DNA from: Sphingomonas sp.
GTDB taxonomy: Bacteria > Pseudomonadota > Alphaproteobacteria > Sphingomonadales > Sphingomonadaceae
Length of the DNA stretch: 64,000 nucleotides
Assembly (NCBI GenBank): GCA_051955175.1
Contig: JBQCHA010000159.1
Location: 10,791 to 74,790, forward strand
Direction of reading: 5' to 3'
Shown: positions 1 to 8,860 of the stretch, piece after piece
How the letters are laid out: every line of letters begins with the position of its first letter
Numbering within the stretch: the first letter of the stretch is position 1
Translations under genes and position numbers: made by a program
Notes under the pieces: generated by a model
Told to the model about the DNA's origin: nothing
Database searches by the model: none
Seen by the model: the letters and a program-made list of their open reading frames with translations, nothing else

Positions 1-2
1 TG

Positions 3-605
3 GTCCGGCTGCCCGACGGCGGGCTGTGGGTGCATTCGCCGATCGCGCCCGACGCCGCGCTGTTTGACGCGGTGGCGGCGCTGGGCCCGGTCGCGCACCT
101 GATCGCGCCCAACACGCTGCATTACTGGTGGCTGCCCGAGTGGACGGCGCGCTTCCCGGAGGCGGCGGTCTGGCTGGCGCCCGGCTTGCGCGAGCGGGCC
201 AAGCGGCCGCTGCCCGACGGCGAGGTGCTGTCGGCCGAATCGCCGGGGCAGTGGCAGGGCGTGTTCGAGCAAGTGGTGGTGGCGGGTGACGTGCTGACCG
301 AGGTGGATTTCCTCCACCGCCCGTCGCGCACCGCGATCCTGACCGACCTCATAGAGAATTTCGAGCCGGCGCGCGTCAGGTCGCGCTTCTGGCGCTGGAT
401 GATGCGGTTGAGCGGCGCCGCCGATCCCGACGGCAAGGCGCCGATCGACATGCGCGCGACCTTCCGGCGGCACCGGGCGGCCGTTCGCGACGCGGCGCGC
501 ACGATGATCGGCTGGGCGCCGGAGCGGGTCATCCTCGCGCATGGCCGCTGGTATGATCGCGACGGCGCGGCGGAGCTGCGGCGTGCGTTCCGCTGGGTGT
601 TGTAG
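3..605 (+). CDS. DUF4336-family protein (metallo-hydrolase-like), 5' truncated by window edge
   Basis: Frame is open from position 3: VRLPDGGLWVHSP...IAPNTLH...LTDLIENF...ILAHG, motifs typical of DUF4336. Confidence 0.8.
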   Translation, partial: VRLPDGGLWVHSPIAPDAALFDAVAALGPVAHLIAPNTLHYWWLPEWTARFPEAAVWLAPGLRERAKRPLPDGEVLSAESPGQWQGVFEQVVVAGDVLTEVDFLHRPSRTAILTDLIENFEPARVRSRFWRWMMRLSGAADPDGKAPIDMRATFRRHRAAVRDAARTMIGWAPERVILAHGRWYDRDGAAELRRAFRWVL

Positions 606-624
606 GGTGGCACCGCCTTATGGT

Positions 625-696
625 CGTCAGCCCGGCGAAGGCCGGGGCCGAGCAACGATCCGCCCGTAACTGGACCCGGCCTTCGCCGGGGTGGTC
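625..696. repeat. CGTC-type REP-like palindromic element
   Basis: 16-bp inverted repeat CCCGGCGAAGGCCGGG (631-646) / CCCGGCCTTCGCCGGG (675-690), preceded by CGTCA; degenerate copy at ~51005-51072. Confidence 0.7.
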
Positions 697-1155
697 GTAT
701 GGGGGTGGTTCGTCGCGATGAATCGCCTTTGCCGGCGCACGCGGCGACGCCGGGCGCGGACGCGCCCGTTGAGAGACGAGCGAAAATCGACCGGCGCGTC
801 CTGCCACGGACACCCCGGGGCCCGACGACGTTGGCAGTGCCACCAAAGAAAGCATCGAGACTTACAGGGGCGAGGGAGCCGGCGCGCCGTTACCGGACTT
901 CCTCCGGCCTGGATGGCGTTTAATGGTTGGCCGTTCGAGGACGACGCCCCTACGCGCTCTCGGCGCTCCTTCGCCGGTGCATTCACGGATATCCGATTTT
1001 CCCGGATGGCTCCGCGCCGGTCGATGGCTCGGGCGGGTTTCGCCGCCTTTGCCCTTCCATTCCCGCGTCCGGACCGGCCTCGCCAGGAAGACAGGAACGG
1101 CGGCCACTGTTATCCCGTTTGGTTCGTCTTGTCGTAACAGAAGAATGCAACGGGA

Positions 1156-2148
1156 TCAGAGTCGCACCAGCATCTTGCCGGTGTTGCCGCCCGAAAACAG
1201 GTCGAGGAAGGCGCCGGGTGTCGCCTCCAGCCCGTCGCGGATCGTCTCCTGGCTGTGCAGCCTGCCCGCCTTCAGCAGTTCGGCCATGGCACGCTGGAAC
1301 TCGCCGATCCGGGGCATGAAATCGCTGACGATGAAGCCCTGCAGCCGCAGCCGCGCCTGGATCACGCGGCCGAGATAGCGCAGCGTCGTCGGCGCCGCCT
1401 GGTTGTAGATGTCGATCATCCCGCACATCGCGAAGCGGGCGTTGTTCCGGGCCACCGCCAGCGCGGCATCGAGATGGTCGCTGCCGACATTGTCGAAATA
1501 GACGTCGATCCCGTCGGGCGCCGCCGACCGCAGCACGTCGACCAGCGAGATGCCGGGCTGCTTGTAATCGATCGTCGCGTCGGCGCCGAGCGTGCGCACC
1601 CAGGCGCATTTGTCCCCGCCGCCGGCCGAGCCGATCACCGTCATGCCGCGTGCCTTGGCGATCTGCACTACCGTCGAGCCGACCGCGCCCGCCGCCGCCG
1701 AGACGAAGACGGTATCGCCCTCCCGCGCCGCGGCGACGTGGAGCAGGCCGAAATAGGCGGTCATGCCCGGTATGCCGAGCTGCCCAAGGAATGCCTGGTC
1801 GGGCACGTCGAGCGCGGGCAGCTTCTGCGCCTGGCGGGCGTCGACCACCGCCTCGTCGCGCCAGCCCATCATGTGCAGCACGCGATCGCCGGGCGCGAAG
1901 CCGTCGGCGCGGCTTTCCACCACTTCGCCGATCGCGCCGCCCTCCATCGGTTCACCCAGGCGGAACGGCGGCACGTAGCTCTTGGTGTCGTTCATCCGGC
2001 CGCGCATGTAGGGATCGACCGATAGCCAGCGGTTGCGCACGCGCACCTGCCCCTCGCTCACCGGCGGCAGTTCGCGCTCGACCAGCTCGAACACGTCACG
2101 ATCGGGCAGGCCCTGCGGTCGTTCCTTGAGCGTCCAGGTGCGCGCCAT
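1156..2148 (-). CDS. NADP-dependent oxidoreductase (CurA/YncB, prostaglandin reductase-like MDR family)
   Basis: LSVDPYMRGRM, AAAGAVG, GIDVYFDNVG and GGNTGKMLV motifs; ATG at 2148 after a GGAGAGG RBS. Confidence 0.9.
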   Translation of the reverse strand: MARTWTLKERPQGLPDRDVFELVERELPPVSEGQVRVRNRWLSVDPYMRGRMNDTKSYVPPFRLGEPMEGGAIGEVVESRADGFAPGDRVLHMMGWRDEAVVDARQAQKLPALDVPDQAFLGQLGIPGMTAYFGLLHVAAAREGDTVFVSAAAGAVGSTVVQIAKARGMTVIGSAGGGDKCAWVRTLGADATIDYKQPGISLVDVLRSAAPDGIDVYFDNVGSDHLDAALAVARNNARFAMCGMIDIYNQAAPTTLRYLGRVIQARLRLQGFIVSDFMPRIGEFQRAMAELLKAGRLHSQETIRDGLEATPGAFLDLFSGGNTGKMLVRL

Positions 2149-2255
2149 GCTGTCCTCTCCTGTCCTTGTAATCGCGTCATCTTCGCACAGGGCCGGGCGA
2201 ACGCAAGCTGCCCCAAAGGACGGTTCCGACGGAGGCGAGGCCTCGACGAAACGGA

Positions 2256-2285
2256 CCGTCACCCCGGACTCGTTCCGGGGAACGG
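2256..2285. repeat. Single REP-like hairpin CGTCACCCCGGACTCGTTCCGGGG
   Basis: CGTC tag followed by a CCCCGGA/TCCGGGG palindrome. Confidence 0.5.
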
Positions 2286-2396
2286 CGAAGAAAGACCTGA
2301 GGCCCTTTTGGCAAGCGGCCTACGCACGAGGGCCCGGGCGGTGGTGCCGCCCGAGCCCTCGGCCTGCCGGCCGCCGAAGCAGCCGCGACGAAGCGC

Positions 2397-3437
2397 TCAA
2401 TAGGTGCCGGAGAAGCTCTTATCGAGGTTGCGCGTGCCGGCGGAACCGGCGCCGACCTCATAATCTACCTCTTCACCCGCGCCGAACATCGCCTGGTTGC
2501 GTTCCTCGTCGCGCCAATGGGCATGCGCCTCGTCGGCGGTCTTGCGGATCGTCACCTTGTCGCTGACCGTTTCGATCCAGCGCGACGGGATCGAATGATG
2601 ATGGCCGCCGGCGTCGCGGTCGCTCTTGGTCAGGATGATGCGGTCGCCGCGCACCTTGTCCACCGTACCGACATGCCCGCCGTCGGAGCCCACCACGTCC
2701 ATATGTTCCTCGACCCGCTGCAGCGAAGCGCGCTGGCCCTGCCGCTCCTGGCGCCAGCGGCCGAACTCGCTGTGGAACTGGTCGCGATTCTCGTTCCGAT
2801 ATTCGGCATAGTCGCGATCGAGCGCGTCGATCTGGCGGCGGCGCCATTGGTGGTAATCCGAATCCTGGCCGCGCGGGCTGTCCCAGCGGCCGCCCTCGCG
2901 CTCGTCGTAGCGCTGATCGTATTCGCGGCGGCGCTCGGCCTCCTCGTCGCCGAACCACGAGCGGACTTCGTCGCCGGCGCGCGACCAGAAGTCACGCTCG
3001 CCGTAATCATAGCCTTGCGGGGGGCGGCCATAGCCGCGCTGCGCCCGGCGGCGCATCCGCTCGCGATCGTCCTCGCGGTCCCCGCGACCATAATCGGTGA
3101 AGCGGTGCCCCTCCGAAGCATAGCTGCCGCGATAGGGCCGATCGTCGCCATAGGTCGGCCGGCCGCCGTAATAGCCGCGATCGCCGGAGAAGCGGTCGCC
3201 ATAGTCGCGCTCTCCATAGGAGCGCTCGCCGAAACCGCGCGCGCCATAGCCGCTGCGCCGGCCATAGCCGCGGCCGCGCCCGCGGTCGCCCAGTTCGCCG
3301 GCCGCGGCGAATTCACGAGCGCTCGAATAACTGTAGTCGGCGCCGGAGCCGTAATCGCGGCCGTAATCCTGCGCGGTGCCGCGGTTGTAATAATCCCCTT
3401 CGGGATCGGTATTGCGGGGGTATCGTTCGTAGCCCAT
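2397..3437 (-). CDS. SWFGD-motif / DUF2171 domain protein with low-complexity R/G/Y/D N-terminus
   Basis: DEVRSWFGDEEAERRR motif; C-terminal EHMDVVGSDGGHVGTVDKVRGDRIILTK (DUF2171-like). Confidence 0.85.
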   Translation of the reverse strand: MGYERYPRNTDPEGDYYNRGTAQDYGRDYGSGADYSYSSAREFAAAGELGDRGRGRGYGRRSGYGARGFGERSYGERDYGDRFSGDRGYYGGRPTYGDDRPYRGSYASEGHRFTDYGRGDREDDRERMRRRAQRGYGRPPQGYDYGERDFWSRAGDEVRSWFGDEEAERRREYDQRYDEREGGRWDSPRGQDSDYHQWRRRQIDALDRDYAEYRNENRDQFHSEFGRWRQERQGQRASLQRVEEHMDVVGSDGGHVGTVDKVRGDRIILTKSDRDAGGHHHSIPSRWIETVSDKVTIRKTADEAHAHWRDEERNQAMFGAGEEVDYEVGAGSAGTRNLDKSFSGTY

Positions 3438-3508
3438 CTTGCATCGCCTCCTTCACGCGAAACACACGGTGGCGCGGCATCCGAGCGGCCGCGCCCCTCG
3501 CCTGAATC

Positions 3509-3533
3509 AACGTGAGCGCAACGGCGATGTTCC
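3509..3533 (-). promoter_or_regulatory. EcfG (general stress sigma) promoter for the SWFGD gene
   Basis: GGAAC-N16-CGTT on the minus strand, about 70 nt upstream of the start. Confidence 0.8.
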
Positions 3534-3688
3534 CGCGCGCAGCCGCAGCGCCGCCGCTCGCCATCGCGGGGGCGGAGCAGTCTGGCGCAAGGTGCGAGAA
3601 GGAAAGTGAAGGGCGCGCACGACACGCTGTTGCATCGCCGGAAAAGTGCCGCTACAGGCGTGCCTCCCGGCGCTGCCGGGCCGCGGGC

Positions 3689-3764
3689 GGGGCCGTAGCT
3701 CAGATGGGAGAGCGCTGCAATCGCACTGCAGAGGTCGGGGGTTCGATTCCCCCCGGCTCCACCA
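3689..3764 (+). tRNA. tRNA-Ala (anticodon CGC)
   Basis: 76 nt, GGGGCCG acceptor stem with G3-U70 pair, anticodon stem CTGCA/TGCAG with loop ATCGCAC, GTTCGATT T-loop, encoded CCA. Confidence 0.97.
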
Positions 3765-3802
3765 GCCCGCACTACCAATCTTCATTACGACCAAATCGCG
3801 AA

Positions 3803-3831
3803 CGGCCGAGACCCCTGTCTCGGTCGCTTTT
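3803..3831 (+). terminator. Intrinsic terminator after the tRNA
   Basis: CGGCCGAGAC-CCCT-GTCTCGGTCG followed by CTTTT. Confidence 0.65.
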
Positions 3832-4038
3832 GCGTCGGTTGATTGCGACCTCATAGGCTCGCGAGCGCTGGCGACGAACTGACGGTAGCAACGCTTTGGT
3901 GGAGGGGCGGAACGAACGTGTTCATGCCGCCGCGCTTGACTCGCCCCAAAACTCCTACAAATATAAACCCGAGAGATAACGGACCGATAGCGCCGCGATC
4001 AGACGGCAAGGCCCGAGATGACGAAAAGGGGGAGAGGC

Positions 4039-6147
4039 ATGCCGACAGCAAGGCAGCGCGCGTGGCGGATTGCCATGGCGGCGGGGGCACTGATCATCGC
4101 GGGGACGGCGGGGGCAGCGGCGCCGGCCGCGGTCCACGCCCGGCTGGATCTCACCGCGCAGCATCGCGCCGTATCACCCTACGAATATGGCATGTTCATC
4201 GAGCCGATCGGGCCGCTCGTCGCGCGCAGCCTGTGGGCCGAGATGCTCGACGACCGCAAGTTCTACTTCCCCATCGTCACCGCCGATCACGATCCAAAGC
4301 TGCCGGTGAGCGCCGAGGGGCGGCCGCCGATGACGCTGCGCAAATGGCGGCCCGTCGGCGATCCCGCGGCGGTGACCATGGTGACCAAGGGCGCCTATGT
4401 CGGCGCGCAGGACGTCGCCGTGGCGCTGGCCGGCGGCGACGCGCGCGGCATTGCGCAACAGGGGCTCGGTGTCGCCAAGGGGCGGCGCTACACCGGCCAT
4501 GTCGTGATCCGCGGCACGCCGGGCGCGCACGTGCAGGCGGTGTTGAGCTGGGGCGACGGCGCCGGTGATCGCCAGGCAGTCGACCTGCCGGCGCTCGGCG
4601 ACCGCTGGCAGACGGTGCCGTTCAGCTTCACCCCCGCGGCCGACAGCGGCGACGCGCGGTTCGCGATCGTCGGCAGCGGCAGCGGCAGCTTCCGCATCGG
4701 CACCGTCACGCTGATGCCGGCCGACAATATCGATGGCTGGCGCGCCGACACGGTCGCGATCCTGAAGACGTTGCATTCGGGCTTCTGGCGGCTGCCGGGC
4801 GGCAATTTCCTGTCGAACTGGGATTGGCACGGCGCGATCGGCCCGCGCGATACGCGCGCGCCGATGTACGACCAGGCGTGGAGCGCGATGCAGGCCAACG
4901 ATTTCGGCATGGACGAGTGGATGGCGCTGACGCGGCTGATCGGCGTCGCGCCCTATGTCACCGTCAACGCCGGTCTGGGCGACGCCAACTCGGCGGCGGA
5001 GGAGGTCGATTATATCAACGGGCCGGCGACCAGCGCCTGGGGCGCCAAGCGCGCCGCCAACGGCCATCCCACGCCGTACGGCGTGAAGTTCTGGAACATC
5101 GGCAACGAGCCCTATGGCTGGTGGCAGATCGGCCAGACGCAGATGGACTATTTCATGGAGAAGCATAACCGCTTCGCCGCGGCGATGCGCGCCGTCGACC
5201 CGTCGATCACGCTGATCGCCTCGGGCGCGATGCCCGACCAGATGCATCCGCGCGACGCCAAGGAAAACCCCTCGCTCGCCAGCATCCAGCACAAGTTCGG
5301 CACCGATCAGGACTGGACCGGCGGCGTGCTGCGCGAAACCTGGGGCAATTTCGAGGGGATCAGCGAACATTGGTACGACCGCGCCGAGCAGCGCCCCGAT
5401 GCGCCGCCGGCCGACGCGCTGATGGAATTCGCCCGCTCACCGTCGAACGACGTGCGGATGAAGGCCGACGAGTGGCGCATCTATCAGCAGCGCTTCCCGA
5501 AGATGAAGGCGGACGACATTTTCCTGTCGATCGACGAATATGCCTATATCGGCGACAAACCCAATCTGAAGCTGTCGCTCGCTTATGCCATGGTGCTGCA
5601 GGAGATGCTGCGGCACACCGATTTCCTGCGCATGGCGGCGTTCACCACGGGGTCGTCGACGATGGACATCACGCCGACCGGCGCGGTGCTCAATTCGACC
5701 GGCGAGGTGTTCAAGCTCTACGGCGACCATTTCGGCGAGGGGATGATCCCGATCGCGCTGGACGGCAACGCGCCGCAGCCCGATCCCAAATACCCGGTCG
5801 GCTATGACCATCCGCAGGTGAAGGCGGGCAGCCCGACCAATCCGCTCGACATGATCGCGGCGCTGACGCCCGATCGCCGCCATCTCGCCATTGCCGTGGT
5901 CAATGCGACGACGTCGCCGCAATCGGTCGCGATCGATCTAGCCGGCGGCACCACGCGCGGGCCGGGCGAGGTCTGGCGGCTGACCGGAAAGAGCCTCGAT
6001 GCCGCCAATATCGTCGGCGCGCCGCCCGGCGTGACGATCCGCCAGGAACGCGTCGCGCCGCTCGGCAAGACGCTGACCGTCGCGCCGATTTCGGTGTCGA
6101 TCTTCCAATATCCGTTGGCCGATGCCCCCGCCGGAGGTGCCCGATGA
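4039..6147 (+). CDS. Alpha-L-arabinofuranosidase (GH51), secreted
   Basis: YGMFIE, RLPGGNF, WNIGNEPYG (acid/base Glu) and SIDEY (nucleophile); signal peptide; GGGGAGAGG RBS before ATG 4039. Confidence 0.88.
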   Translation: MPTARQRAWRIAMAAGALIIAGTAGAAAPAAVHARLDLTAQHRAVSPYEYGMFIEPIGPLVARSLWAEMLDDRKFYFPIVTADHDPKLPVSAEGRPPMTLRKWRPVGDPAAVTMVTKGAYVGAQDVAVALAGGDARGIAQQGLGVAKGRRYTGHVVIRGTPGAHVQAVLSWGDGAGDRQAVDLPALGDRWQTVPFSFTPAADSGDARFAIVGSGSGSFRIGTVTLMPADNIDGWRADTVAILKTLHSGFWRLPGGNFLSNWDWHGAIGPRDTRAPMYDQAWSAMQANDFGMDEWMALTRLIGVAPYVTVNAGLGDANSAAEEVDYINGPATSAWGAKRAANGHPTPYGVKFWNIGNEPYGWWQIGQTQMDYFMEKHNRFAAAMRAVDPSITLIASGAMPDQMHPRDAKENPSLASIQHKFGTDQDWTGGVLRETWGNFEGISEHWYDRAEQRPDAPPADALMEFARSPSNDVRMKADEWRIYQQRFPKMKADDIFLSIDEYAYIGDKPNLKLSLAYAMVLQEMLRHTDFLRMAAFTTGSSTMDITPTGAVLNSTGEVFKLYGDHFGEGMIPIALDGNAPQPDPKYPVGYDHPQVKAGSPTNPLDMIAALTPDRRHLAIAVVNATTSPQSVAIDLAGGTTRGPGEVWRLTGKSLDAANIVGAPPGVTIRQERVAPLGKTLTVAPISVSIFQYPLADAPAGGAR

Positions 6148-7205
6148 AGACTCTTGCCGCACTGGCCACCCTGCTTTGCCTCGCCGCGACGCCGGCGCTG
6201 GGCCAGGCCGATACCAACAGCCCGCCGCCGGTCGCCGGCGCGCCCATCGTCACGGTCGAGCATATCAAGGTGCATGCGCCGTCGATCGCCGGCAATCTGG
6301 AAGGCGAAGCGGCCGATCGCGACGTGCTGGTGATGCTGCCGCCCGGCTATGCCAGCCACCCGCACCGGCGCTATCCGGTGGTCTACGCGCTGCACGGCTA
6401 TTCGATCGGCGCGGAGCAATGGACCAAGGAGATCCACGTTCCGCAGACGATCGAGAACGCCGACGCGAAGGGCGCGCGCGACATGATCGTGGTGCTGCCG
6501 GATTCGAAGACGATCTACGGCGGGTCGATGTATTCGCGCTCGCCGACGGTCGGCGATTTCGAGACGTTCGTGTACCGCGACCTCGTCGCCTATATCGACG
6601 CGCATTACCGCACCATTCCCGATCGGCTGAGCCGGGGCCTCGTCGGCCATTCGATGGGCGGCTATGGCGCGACGCGGATCGGCATGCAGCATCCCGAGGT
6701 GTTCGGCGCGCTGTACATCATGAGCCCCTGCTGCCTGTCGCCGCGCCCCGCCGACCAGATCGATCCGGCCGCCTTCGCGCCGCTGGAGGCGCTGAAAAGC
6801 CCCGCGGACGCCGCCGACCTGCCGTTCATGACCAAGGCGATGCTGGCGACCGCTGCCGCCTGGTCGCCCGACCCCAAGAAGCCGCCACTGTATCTCGACC
6901 TGCCGGTCAAGGACGGCAAGGTTCAGCCCGACGTGCTGGCGAAATGGACCGCCAATGCACCGCTCGCCTTCATCGACCAATATGCCGGCAATCTGAAGCG
7001 CTACAAGGCGATCGCCATGGACGTCGGCGATCAGGACGGGCTGCGGTTCGACGCGAAGACGCTGCACGAAGTGATGGACGATTATGGCATCGCCAACAGC
7101 TTCACCATCTATCCGGGCACCCACGTCAGCAACGTCGCCTATCGGTTCCAGGACGACGTGATGCCGTTCTTCAGCAAGAACCTGGCGTTCGAGCCGGCGA
7201 AGTAG
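6144..7205 (+). CDS. Secreted alpha/beta-hydrolase esterase (CE1/Fes-like)
   Basis: YPVVYALHG, GHSMGG nucleophile elbow, signal peptide; ATGA overlap with GH51. Confidence 0.85.
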   Translation: MKTLAALATLLCLAATPALGQADTNSPPPVAGAPIVTVEHIKVHAPSIAGNLEGEAADRDVLVMLPPGYASHPHRRYPVVYALHGYSIGAEQWTKEIHVPQTIENADAKGARDMIVVLPDSKTIYGGSMYSRSPTVGDFETFVYRDLVAYIDAHYRTIPDRLSRGLVGHSMGGYGATRIGMQHPEVFGALYIMSPCCLSPRPADQIDPAAFAPLEALKSPADAADLPFMTKAMLATAAAWSPDPKKPPLYLDLPVKDGKVQPDVLAKWTANAPLAFIDQYAGNLKRYKAIAMDVGDQDGLRFDAKTLHEVMDDYGIANSFTIYPGTHVSNVAYRFQDDVMPFFSKNLAFEPAK

Positions 7206-7255
7206 CTGCGGCGGCGGCTAAAAAGCTCCCTGCATCCGCATGCCAAGCGCGGGGT

Positions 7256-8800
7256 TCAGACCGGCTGAAGCCCGTGCTCGCGGATCTTGCGGATCAGGTC
7301 GCGGTGGCGCGGCAGGCCCCCGCGCAGGCGCTGCGTCTGGACCGCATTCTCCCGCATCGCACGCTCGGCGCTGCGCGTCTCGTCGCTGAGTGACGCCGGC
7401 TCGACCTCGGTGCGGAAGCCCATGCCGTAGAGCACATATTGGTAGCTCGCCGCCGGGAACACCTCCTCGACACGGTCGAATTCGTCGTGCAGCCACGGCG
7501 ATTGGTACCGCCACAGCAGCAGCAGTTCCTGCAGCCGATCGGGGATCGTCTCCGGCCGCACATTATCGCGCCAGAAGGCGCTGTCGTCGCGCTGCGTCAG
7601 CACATAGTGCAGCTTCAGGAAGTCGATGATGCGCCCCCAGCGATAGTGCGTGGTGGCGTTGAAACGCGAGGCGACGACATGCATCACCTCGCGGCAGACC
7701 GGCATCTGTTCGGCGATCAGCTTGGCGGAAAGCTCGATCAGCACGATCGCCGACGACTCGAGCGGCTCGAGGAAGCCCGCGGCCAGGCCGACGGCGACGC
7801 AATTGCGCTTCCAGAACGTCTCGCGATGGCCGGCGCGGAAGCGGAGCTTGCGCACCGCCACCCCCTCGCCCGCGGGCCCGAGATAGGCGCGCAACTCGCG
7901 TTCGGCGTCATCGTCCGAGATGTGGTCGCTGGAATAAACGTGCCCGATCCCGCGCCGCGTCGGCAGGCCGACGTCCCAGATCCAGCCCGACGATTGGGCG
8001 GTCGAGAGCGTCTGCGACGCGATCGGGCTGTCCTCGCTGTCATACGGCAGGTGGACGGCCAGCGCGCGGTCGCAGAACAGCACGTCGCGGGCATCCCGGA
8101 AGCCGACGCCCAGCGTTTCGCCGATCAGCAGCGCCCTGAACCCCGTGCAATCGACGAACAGGTCGCCGGCGATCTCGCCAGCCTGTTCGGTGACGATGCT
8201 GCGGATGTCGCCGTCCTCCGCCAGCGTCGCATGGCGCACGTCGGCGAGCACATGGCGCACGCCCAGCTTCTCGCAGCAATGGCGCTGCAGGAAGGCGCCG
8301 AGTTTCCCCGCGTCGAGGTGATAGGCGTAGTTGGCGACCGCGTCATATTCGGGCGTGGCGATCGTCTTGGGCGCCAAGCCGGCATCGCACAGCGCGCCCT
8401 GCGGGCTCACCGCGTCGCAGAAGCTGCGGTCGTCGCCGGCGGCGAGCCAGTGCGGCGCGAGATTGATCTGGCCGAAGCTCTGCGGCAGCATCAGCGGGTG
8501 GTAATAAGTGTCGTCCGCCGCACCGGTAGTCCAGCGGTCGAAGCGCGCGCCCTGTTTGAACGCGGCGTCGCATTCGCGGAAGAAATCGGTCTCCGACACG
8601 CCGATCCGGGCCAGCGTGGTGCGCAGCGTCGGCCATGTCCCCTCGCCCACGCCGATGATCGGCGTGTTCGGCGATTCGACCAAAGTGACGGTGAAGCCGC
8701 CCGCCATCCGGCTGCGGTGCTTGGCCGCGATCAGCCCCGCGGTCAGCCACCCGGCGGTGCCGCCGCCGACGATCACGATGTTGCGGATCGGCCGTGCCAT
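7256..8800 (-). CDS. Tryptophan halogenase family flavin-dependent halogenase
   Basis: GGGTAG FAD motif, IGVGEGT, conserved Lys in AAFKQG, WIWDVGL (WxWxI-like), FLEPLESS. Confidence 0.92.
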   Translation of the reverse strand: MARPIRNIVIVGGGTAGWLTAGLIAAKHRSRMAGGFTVTLVESPNTPIIGVGEGTWPTLRTTLARIGVSETDFFRECDAAFKQGARFDRWTTGAADDTYYHPLMLPQSFGQINLAPHWLAAGDDRSFCDAVSPQGALCDAGLAPKTIATPEYDAVANYAYHLDAGKLGAFLQRHCCEKLGVRHVLADVRHATLAEDGDIRSIVTEQAGEIAGDLFVDCTGFRALLIGETLGVGFRDARDVLFCDRALAVHLPYDSEDSPIASQTLSTAQSSGWIWDVGLPTRRGIGHVYSSDHISDDDAERELRAYLGPAGEGVAVRKLRFRAGHRETFWKRNCVAVGLAAGFLEPLESSAIVLIELSAKLIAEQMPVCREVMHVVASRFNATTHYRWGRIIDFLKLHYVLTQRDDSAFWRDNVRPETIPDRLQELLLLWRYQSPWLHDEFDRVEEVFPAASYQYVLYGMGFRTEVEPASLSDETRSAERAMRENAVQTQRLRGGLPRHRDLIRKIREHGLQPV

Positions 8801-8820
8801 AGTTCAACCCAATCAAAATA

Positions 8821-8850
8821 GCCGGGGATGTCAATGGCGGCATCCCCGGC
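8821..8850. terminator. Intergenic hairpin between TBDR and halogenase (stabiliser or partial terminator)
   Basis: GCCGGGGATG / CATCCCCGGC 10-bp inverted repeat. Confidence 0.5.
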
Positions 8851-8860
8851 AGGCGGAGGG

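Noticed and set aside
3000-3400. Tandem repeat or CRISPR-like array
   Set aside because: The repetitiveness reflects YG/RG codons in a coding region; there is no fixed repeat-spacer structure and no cas genes
7256-8800. Secondary-metabolite cluster (pyrrolnitrin or rebeccamycin type)
   Set aside because: No prnBCD, flavin reductase, NRPS or PKS genes nearby
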